From positions 10,726,001 through 10,790,000 of the forward strand of contig CM022666.1 in NCBI GenBank assembly GCA_012295275.1: 64,000 bases of DNA. Reading direction: 5' to 3'. This DNA comes from Chrysomallon squamiferum. Its lineage: Eukaryota; Animalia; Mollusca. The notes beneath the pieces were generated by a model. That model ran no database searches, was not told the origin of the DNA, and was given only the letters and a program-made list of their open reading frames with translations. Both the position numbers and the translations under genes were made by a program. Each line of letters starts with the position of its first letter. The first letter of the stretch is position 1. Positions 1 to 9,484 of the stretch are shown here, one piece after another.

Positions 1-379
1 GATATCCATCCAACTGTCCAGTCTTAGCTGTCCACCTTTCATTAGTTTATATTAGTTTAAATGACGCTGGCTTTGTTCAGTACATGGTAACAATGAAAGT
101 CATTTATAATTTGAGCATAATTCAGTTCATTCAAGAAATTTTTTAAATTAAAATTTTTAATTTAATTTAATTTTAACTAATTCATTTTTTTTTTAGTTAT
201 GTTATTTCCAAAGTAAATGACGTGTGTTTAATTATATAATTAATAAAACAGTTTAATATGTGCCAGCATGTTTTTTGCTGTAAAAAACCTCCTGCGGATA
301 TTTAAAATAACTAGTTTTATTTTGTATCATTTAAAACAGTCCTACAGTTCACTTTTAGCACGTTAAATACTATTTGTTT

Positions 380-2175
380 TTACACATTTATTATTTCTAA
401 TGTCGACATGAATTTTATCACTTTCTCGGATCTTCGTGATTCTGTAAATACTTTTACTACATCTTTGTAATTTTCTGCTAAGTTGATAGGTGTTTTGCCG
501 TCGTTGTTCACAACTTTCACGTCAGCGCCAGACTGCACTAACATTTTTACGACGTCTAGACAGCCTTTGGTAGTAGCATGGTGCAAGACGGTGTTGTTTT
601 GTGAAACTGATTGCCACGTCGGCACCTTGATCCCGGAGGTAACAGAATACTCGAATGTCACAGATGAAGAGCAGTCTCTCCTTTATTATTGTCCGCCTCG
701 AGTTCAAATCCTCGGTTTATCAAAGAATTCACAACTTCAAAAGAACCGTTCTTAGCAGCGAAGTGTAGAAGATAGAAGAGAGTGTTTTTTCTTTATCTTT
801 AACATCGATGCTAGTTCTCTGCTTCAGTAGATAATAAGAACATTTAACAAAATCAGATGTAGCTAAATGAAGAGGTGTTTCTCCGTTGTTGTTCACAGCG
901 TTCACGTGCAGTCCTTTTTTTTATTAACATCTTCACAACACCAATACTGCCGAATTCTGCAGCGCTGTGTAAAACTGTGTTGCCGTCAACGTCTCTCATG
1001 TTAACGTCGGCGCCTTGTCTCAGTAAATATCTGAAAATATCAATATTATCTGTGGAGACTGGCACTGGTGTTGTTCCGTGAAAGCATTCACGTGAAAGTG
1101 ACCGAAGCCAGCAGCATAGTGCAATAGTGACGACTTATCGCTGTCCGTTACATTGAAAGTAAAAACGTTTCTGTCATGTTTTTCACACTGCAGTGACCAT
1201 ATTTGTTACACAGGTTGAGTTGTGCACCTCGCCTTGTCAAAACTTTCACTGCTTCCATACACCTGCGATCGGCGGCAAAGCTTAAAACAGAGTTATTCTC
1301 TTCGTCTTTGATATTGTAATCAGCATCGTGTTCCAATAGGTGTGTGAACAATGGAGAGGGTTGAGTCCATTTTTGTTGACTGCGTTCAAGTCAGTACCTG
1401 AATGAACAACACGTTTGACAATGTCTAAACATCCACTGTCCATGGCAAAATGCAGGGTGGTAGAGTTAATGACATCTCTCACACTGAGGTGCGCACCTTG
1501 ATCCAACTGATAGGAAAACACTTCAGCATTACCGGTCCTTCAATGGAGTGCAGTTTGTTTTCTATCACAACCTTTTTTTAGCACAACCTTTTTTGGCGGC
1601 AGGATGCAGAACGCTGCAGTTGTCATTATCAGTTAATCTGTGATTTTCCCATCTCTCTAGTAAATAGAAAACTACTCTGATGTTATCAACAGAATAGAAA
1701 AGCGGTGATTGGCCGTTCTGGTTTCTCACATTCAGTTCAGCTCCGTGTGATATTAGAGCTTTTATCACATCTAGATATCCTTTTTCAGTAGCATAAGGCA
1801 AAGCCGTGTCACAGTTAATATCCTCGATGTTTGGATCTGCTCCGTGCAGCAGTAAAAACGAAACTCTCTCTGTAACTGGTTGATGGTCTCGTGAACAAGC
1901 GTTGTGAAGCGCAGTTTTACCCTCGTTATCAATAGCATTGTTTACCGCACCTTTCTCCACTAATACTTTTACATCTTCCAAACATCCTTTGTCCGCAGCA
2001 ACGTGTAGGATTGTTTGATTACGTTTAACTTTGATATTTGTATTAACTCCATTTTTCAGTAATTAGGAAACAATGTCCGCGTGAGAGACAGCGATGCAAA
2101 GTGGGGTGTCCCCGTTATCCCTGACTGAATTAACATCACAACCTTTTTCAACGAGAGCCTGCGCGATTTCTAAAT
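380..2175 (-). pseudogene. Degenerate intronless ankyrin-repeat array (C-terminal half of a probable STAND NTPase-ankyrin gene)
   Basis: Consecutive minus-strand ORF fragments in shifting frames all carry ankyrin consensus (GKTALHNAC, GNTVLHSAAEFGSIGVVKMLI, TVLHHATTKGCLDVVKMLVQSGADV, GDTPLCIAV); in-frame TAA at 2063-2065 and several frameshifts; natural-looking stop at 380; abruptly truncated at 2175. Confidence 0.92.
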
Positions 2176-2918
2176 TTGTTGCTATGTTTGGCAATCAGAA
2201 TATTATACTGACTGTTTGTACTTTATGGAGATGAGAGTAAATGCATGGCCATTTTGTTATGATTATTTTCAAACATATCATGCTTTGAAAAGACACTGCT
2301 ATATTTAAAATAAACTCGTTGACAAAACCATATATAATGCGCAATTTCACTGGTTTAATGTAGGCCATGTTTAATGTAACAAACCACTATCGCTTCGTGT
2401 TAGGTCATTTGATTGGATATTTATTTATTTATTATTTTACTGGATTCTAATAACCTTAAAATTTCTTATAGTTATCTTCCTTTTAAAGAGACATCCTTTG
2501 ATCACAATATTTGTTTCTATAAAGCTGACCAAACTGACCAAAATCAGAGGAACATAAAACTTCAATTACGCAGTTGATATTTCAAGTTATCAACATAACT
2601 TTCATATAATTATGGCTTAATTTTAATTTTGGGATTTTCAGTTTTCTTTTCTGTCTTTATTTTCTTTTTCTTTTTCTTTATTTATTATTACTTTCTTTTT
2701 TAATAGTGTTTTGGAGATTTGTACTAAAGTGTGAAATATTGTGAAAGATTAGTATGAACGATTTGTACTGAAGTGCGAAAAAGCATTTTTACAGTATTGT
2801 CAAATTTTGTTTGGGATTTTTAAAATTTATTTTATCTTATTTTAAATTTTAGGTGCATGTCAAATTGACAAACTAGATACCCTGAATTAAAGCCATTGTA
2901 TTACTTTCTAGACAGTTG

Positions 2919-2939
2919 TGACGTCATTTATTGACGTAA
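2919..2939. promoter_or_regulatory. Palindromic CRE (TGACGTCA) plus adjacent TTGACGTAA bZIP-type site ~60-75 nt upstream of the CAP-1 ATG
   Basis: TGACGTCA at 2919-2926 and TTGACGTAA at 2931-2939; the CRE is retained in copy 2 (16243-16250). Function is inference; a possible acceptor AG at 2851-2852 could place these in the 5' UTR. Confidence 0.3.
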
Positions 2940-2992
2940 ACATTACCCGTTACTCGCAAAATAATTGTAAAAAAAAGTAATAAAAAGCAAGA

Positions 2993-5900
2993 ATGAATTC
3001 AGTATTTGTTTTTATAATCTGCTTTAGTCTTCTTCAGTTTCACAGAACTGCAGAAACGAAAAATAAAATTACGTTTCAAGAAAAGGTGGACATTGTTAAG
3101 AAACATAATGAATTCCGAAGCCAGATTAAAGCAGCCGACATGGAAAAAATGGTGAAATACATTATCTTTTACACATCATAACATATTAGAATATGAATAA
3201 ATAATAAATGTGTTCAATAACCACAACGATTACGGTGACAACAACAACAACAACACGAAGAAGAACAATATTATTAGTATTAGTAGCAATAATTATTGTG
3301 GTATTGCTATTAGTCGTGGTAGTGAAACAGCAATGAACTGTTATTAATCTATTCAGTGGTAATCTTGCAACAAATAATAATAATAAACATTTAAAATTAT
3401 AATGTGTACGGTTTATTGTTCCAAATAATTCTTTTGCTTTCATTTTCTCGTTTTAGTCCTGGGATTACGAGTTGGAAAAGGTAGCTCAGAAATGGGCCAG
3501 TAATTGTAAATTCGAACACAACAGCAACCGAAGTTATGAACAAAACAAATACACTTATGTAGGGGAGAATTTATATTACACTACAGGTATCTTTAAACAG
3601 TTAGTCTTTTAAAACTGTAATTCAGCTATTTATATAGAGCATAGTTTGTCAAACTTAAGGTAGTGATTAAAAACAAAAGAAAGAACAATAAGACCCAAAA
3701 CAAATTTAGAATAATATATATATATATCGAAGAGAAACAAATCATAAACTTGCCCACAGAATCTCCCACTGAAGAAATAACAGGAAAAAACAAACAAAAA
3801 CAAAACAAAAACAACAAAACATATATAAACAAGTAACAAAACAAAATAATATAAATTATTAATAATAAAAAAAATACAAAAAACAAAAAAAAAACTGAAT
3901 GGATGAGTGAATGAATTAATGAATGAATGAATAAATAAATAATATTACCATTTGTTATTTTGTTATTACCTTTCAAATGACGAATGTATAATATAGCAAA
4001 TGTTTAATATAATCAAGCGAATAATATAGCACACCTTTAATATATGAGATGTGTAATGTAACAAATGATTATGTTAGCAGGTATATAATATAATAAAATA
4101 TTTGATGTGACAAATGTTTAATGTATCGGACGTACAATACAACAAATGATTAATTCAGCAGACGTATAATGTAACAAATGTTTGGCATGACAGACGTATA
4201 ATGTAACAAATGTTTGGCATGACAGACATATAATGTAACAAATGTTTGGCATGACAGACGTATAATGTAACAAATGTTTGGTATGACAGACGTGTAATGT
4301 AACACGTTTGGTATGACAGACGTGTAATGTAACAAATGTTTGGTATGACAGACGTGTAATGTAACAAATGTTGGTATGACAGACGTGGTTGTAACAAATG
4401 TTTGGTATGTCAGACGTATAATGTAACACGTTTGGTATGACAGACGTGTAATGTAACAAATGTTTGGTATGACAGACGTATAATGTAACACGTGTGGTAT
4501 GACAGACGTGTAATGTAACAAATGTTTGGTATGACAGACGTGTAATGTAACACGTGTGGTATAACAGACGTGTAATGTAACAAATGTTTGGTATGACAGA
4601 CGTATAATGTAACAAATGTTTGGCATGACAGACGTATAATGTAACAAATGTTTGGTATGACAGACGTATAATGTAACACGTGTGGTATGACAGACGTGTA
4701 ATGTAACAAATGTTTGGTATGACAGACGTGTAATGTAACAAATGTTTGGTATGACAGACGTGTAATGTAACACGTTTGGTATGACAGACGTGTAATGTAA
4801 CAAATGTTTGGTATGACAGACGTGTAATGTAACAAATGTTGGTATGACAGACGTGGTTGTAACAAATGTTTGGTATGTCAGACGTATAATGTAACACGTT
4901 TGGTATGACAGACGTGTAATGTAACAAATGTTTGGTATGACAGACGTATAATGTAACACGTGTGGTATGACAGACGTGTAATGTAACAAATGTTTGGTAT
5001 GACAGACGTGTAATGTAACACGTTTGGTATGACAGACGTGTAATGTAACAAATGTTTGGTATGACAGACGTGTAATGTAACAAATGTTGGTATGACAGAC
5101 GTGTAATGTAACAAATGTTTGGTATGTCAGACGTATAATGTAACACGTTTGTATGACAGACGTGTAATGTAACAAATGTTTGGTATGTCAGACGTGTAAT
5201 GTAACAAATGTTTGGTATGTCAGACGTATAATGTAACACGTTTGGTATGACAGACGTGTAATGTAACAAATGTTTGGTATGTCAGACGTATAATGTAACA
5301 CGTTTGTATGACAGACGTGTAATGTAACAAATGTTTGGTATGTCAGACGTGTAATGTAACAAATGTTTGGTATGTCAGACGTATAATGTAACACGTTTGG
5401 TATGACAGACGTGTAATGTAACAAATGTTTGGTATGTCAGACGTATAATGTAACACGTTTGGTATGACAGACGTGTAATGTAACAAATGTTTGGTATGTC
5501 AGACGTATAATGTAACACGTTTGGTATGACAGACGTGTAATGTAACAAATGTTTGGTATGACAAATATATAATATAATAAATATAAGGACACAGTTTGAT
5601 ATAAAAAATGTTTCAGGCTCAGTATCGGGCTCGGGGTTCATCGAGTATTGGCATGATGAGGTGAACGATTACACCTATTCCGACAACTCGTGTAATGAGG
5701 GCAAACAGTGTGGTGACTATACACAGGTGAGTTATTAACATTTCACAAGGGGTGAATAACTTAACTAAAATTTGTATCACTTCAAAGAGGTTATGATTTT
5801 ATTTTATTTGTTTGTTCGTTCGTTCGTCTGTTCATTTTATCATGCTTCAAAGATAAACAGATACATGAAAATTTATAAAGCATACCTGCTTATCTAATCG

Positions 5901-6939
5901 TTTATAGCTGTACAGCGTTATAGCCTTTTATGTATATACAGTTCCCAAATGAAATAAATTATGTGAACATTTCGACGTATTTTTGTTAACATTTGGACCA
6001 CTATAGACAAATGAACAATTATATCAAAAGGTTGTTCACATATTATGGTCCCAAAGAGGTCAGTTTCAAAGCATGTATGTATGTATGTATGTATGTATGT
6101 ATATATGGTTGCATGTATGCATGTTTTTAGGATTTTGAATATTCTCTGTCGTATAGACTTTGCACAGACAATATTCGGGAACGCACTGGCGCAGGAGGAC
6201 AAAGTCCAAACACGACCTCACAAACCCGTCAGATGCCGCTGACGAGACTCGAACGTATGGCACCCATTCTCCCGCACTGCGAAGGCGGACTGCGAAGGCG
6301 GTAATCATCGCTTCCTACATAGCTCGCCGTTCTTTGTCTTTCGTCATTTTTGTATGCATCTATTTTTTCTGAGATACCTGGCACTGGCAAATATGTAGTT
6401 TAGGATTCTGAATATTCTCTGTTTTATGTACGTCTGAATAGACTTTGCACACAGAAAATATGCGGAAACGCACTGGTGCAGCAAAACAGAGTCCAATCAC
6501 GACCTCACAAACCCGTCAGATGCCGCTGAGGAGAATCGAACGTATGGCAACCATTCGCCCGCACATATGTATGTATATTGTATATGCTTGTATCTATGTA
6601 TGTCTGTATGTCTGTATGTTTGTATGTATGTATGTTTGTATGTATATATGTATGTATGTATATATGTATGTATGTATGTATATATGTATGTATGTATGTA
6701 TGTATGTGTATAATCATTCCACATTTAACTGAACGTGTAACAGTCTTTCTTACAAATATAACCAGAGACAGTTTTTGTTCTGCCGCTGGTATTTTTCAGT
6801 TTGATATTTAACTTGTATAAGAAAACCTAACATAGATAAATGTAATTACTAAACTTTTGTATTTTGTCTTTATTATCTTACTCGTTATCATTTAATTACT
6901 TTGTTGATTCTTTTGTTATTATTTTTGTTGTTACTGTTG

Positions 6940-6972
<33 letters not shown>

Positions 6973-8088
6973 GTGCAATTCTCTTGTATTGTTATTGCTG
7001 TTATTACTGTTGTTGTTTTTATTGATATAATTTTTCTGAATAATAATTTAGGAATAGGTGTTGTTTGTTTAATGAAATTTATATTTTGTACATAGGTTGT
7101 ATGGCATGACACCACGGCTGTAGGCTGTGGAATCTCATTTTGTGAAGCCGATCCAGATAGCGGTGATGATCCATTTACCTTAGTTGTGTGTGACTATGGT
7201 CCAGCGTACGTCATATAATAATAACAATAACAATAATAATAATAATAACAATAATTATGATGATGATGATGACGATGATGGTGATGATGACAACAGCAGC
7301 AATAATAATAATAATGATGACGATTGTTATTATTTTGACAATGTTAATAATGATACTGACAATTGTATTGGTTATGTTCTTTATGATTATAATGATGATT
7401 ATTATGATGATAATGACAAATATAATTATGCTAAAAATGTTAATAATAATAATTAAATCATATGAGAATAAATAGTTGCCTCACTTGTAATTATTACAAA
7501 ATATTCCATAATAAAAAATATTTTCCACGCAGAGGAAACCTTAAGGGTCATAAGCCATATAAGGAAGGACAGCCGTGTTCTGAATGTCCCGAGAAGAAAC
7601 CCGTTTGTGAAAACGATCTCTGTTGTAAGTATGTAATAAACAGTCTGCAGATTAATAGCAATTCTTCTGCTTGTTTTTAATATATGATTCTACATACATG
7701 TTTTAATAAAATTCTTTCTTTTGTCTTAACGCATGACTTCACGTATTTAATATTTAATTCATATACATTCTAATTTTAGTTAAATACTTTTTTTTTAATA
7801 AATAAACTATAGAGGCTATTTTGTGAACTGTCCCAATGTATTTCGGATCAGAAAAATGTATAATTAAACTTAAAATGTAAGATTTTATTTCTGACAGCGG
7901 CTAAAGCGTGTGCAGAAATGAAGTGTAGAAACGGCGGCAAACTCAACATAGAAACGTGCATGTGTGACTGCACTTCAACTAAATTCAAAGGAAACATTTG
8001 TGAATCTCCAGTATCAGGTGGAAACCGCATTTCAGGACATGCTCTCCACGATCTGATATTTGTGGCTTTCTTCATAGTACGCTATTAA
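2993..8088 (+). CDS. CAP-1: CAP/SCP (GLIPR1/PI16/CRISP-like) protein with hinge, EGF-like module and putative GPI signal, 263 aa, 6 exons
   Basis: Exons 2993-3151, 3457-3586, 5617-5726, 7096-7205, 7533-7624, 7898-8088; all GT..AG, phases 0,1,0,2,1; 792 nt open frame. Signal peptide [19 protein letters not shown] motifs [59 protein letters not shown], hinge [43 protein letters not shown], hydrophobic tail [11 protein letters not shown]. Confidence 0.93.
4130..5562. repeat. 30-32 bp minisatellite (cagacgtgtaatgtaacaaatgtttggtatga and variants), ~45 units, in CAP-1 intron 2
   Basis: Tandem units read directly; explains the repetitive ORFs at 4118-5641. Confidence 0.97.
6072..6328 (-). mobile_element. 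Putative tRNA-derived SINE with (CATA)n tail, in CAP-1 intron 3
   Basis: Minus strand begins GGCGAGCTATGTAGG (A-box-like), has B-box GTTCGAGTCTC (6244-6254) and ends in (CATA)n; absent from the same intron in CAP-2; second copy immediately adjacent. Confidence 0.65.
6393..6562 (-). mobile_element. Second, 5'-truncated copy of the same putative SINE
   Basis: Aligns to 6120-6277 (shared cacgacctcacaaacccgtcagatgccgctga); B-box GTTCGATTCTC at 6531-6541. Confidence 0.6.
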
Positions 8089-9196
8089 AAGAATGAAATT
8101 CTATGTCACCTGGGTATTGATTATTTCCAAGTAGTACCTGCATTGATGTACGATGATCTAGGATGACTACTTATCACTTGGCTATTTATATTTTTGATTT
8201 AATCTAACGATTACACTGTCTGTCTCACTGTCTCTCTCTGAACGTTTTAAGAGTTTATGTTTGGATGCTGGTGTCTGACAGAGTCTGTGTACGTCTCTGA
8301 GAATGTTTTGTAAACGTGTGCCTTTGACTGTAAACAGATCAACAAAATGAACATATGACTGTCTAAAACTATTAAGTAATAAATAAAATAATTGAAAACA
8401 TTTAAAAGTATTCAACGTAATGTTGTACTATAAAATATCAGTTAAAGAAGATAATGAAAGAAAAGGAAATAGCACTTGCTGCCATACACACATACACATA
8501 TATACACACATACATACATACACACATACACACACATACATACATACATATATGCACACATATATACACACATACATACATACACACACAGACACATATA
8601 TACATAGTCATAAATACACACACATATATTTACACACATTTACACACACACCTACCTACATACATACAAACACAACTATACGTACATATATATTTACGTA
8701 AATACCAACATAAACACATACTATATCTCTTATGTAGTCATTTATATGACGCGTGTATAGATGTAACTGAGAAAAATAAATAAAATGCAGGCAGCTATGT
8801 ATAAATGTGTCTGTTTATATGCATGAATGTGTTATATATTTGCATAACTGTTTGTATATGTGTGAGTGTGTGTGTGTATGTGTGTGTATATATATATGTA
8901 TATATTCATGTGTGTGCATGGATCTGCATAACTCTATAAATGTGTACGTATGTATGTGTATACATATCTATTTTCGTGTCTTTGTACGTAGCTATGTGCG
9001 TAGATGAAGAACAAATGTTTTATCGATTTTTAGTTTTAATTAATAAAAGTATTGCTGTGTATAATGTTCTAGTACTAATGAAACATTTAATCAATCTAAA
9101 TGCGGGGTATTTCTCAGCATATAATAATTTAAAATAGTAATTGTAATTATAGGCCCCAAAAAGTATAAACAAATAAATAAATTAATAAATAACTAA

Positions 9197-9484
9197 TATG
9201 GTTACTCCAGGCAAACATGTCGTCGATCATTACAACGTATTTCCTGCTACTACTGCCTGGAATGTCCTCCAGCCGGCAGTGATGTGTTAGGTACACGTTA
9301 CCCCGCGACTCGCTGTTTTCTACTTCTAACAGTAAATTTAAACCAAGAGTGGTCTTCTCTGAGCGTGGACTTCTGATTATAATAATGACACCAAAAAAAT
9401 TTAATATTTTCTCTGCTTCCTCGTGTGCTCTTGTTTTAACGTACAAACTGGAGCCAGAAGCATCAATCTAGATCGATGTGGCTT
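9197..9484 (-). pseudogene. Degenerate P-loop NTPase exon fragment of nSTAND3 type (N-terminal part of the STAND-ankyrin gene)
   Basis: Translates as LYVKTRAHEEAEKILNFFGVIIII-RSPRSEKTT-LGLNLL...KYVVMIDDMFA; RSPRSEKTT (AGA AGT CCA CGC TCA GAG AAG ACC ACT) is three single-base changes from Walker A GSPGSGKTT; YVVMIDD is a Walker B; in-frame TAG just after the acceptor at 9485-9486; truncated after Walker B. Confidence 0.75.

Larger units (their letters stand above)
2176..8600 (+). repeat. Segmental duplication copy A (upstream region + CAP gene + 3' UTR); partner of 15344..~20000
   Basis: Identity starts at ttgttgctatgtttggcaatcagaatatta (2176 and 15344), runs through all exons, introns and 3' UTR and fades in the (TACA)n microsatellite at ~8490-8600 / ~19850-20000. 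Confidence 0.92.

Noticed and set aside
4118-5641. Long ORFs up to 383 aa ([16 protein letters not shown] repeats)
   Set aside because: Translations of the 30-32 bp intronic minisatellite; open in several frames, lie antisense within CAP-1 intron 2.
6230-6328. Functional tRNA gene
   Set aside because: B-box present but no complete cloverleaf; internal duplication (gcgaaggcgg twice) and a SINE-like body/tail.
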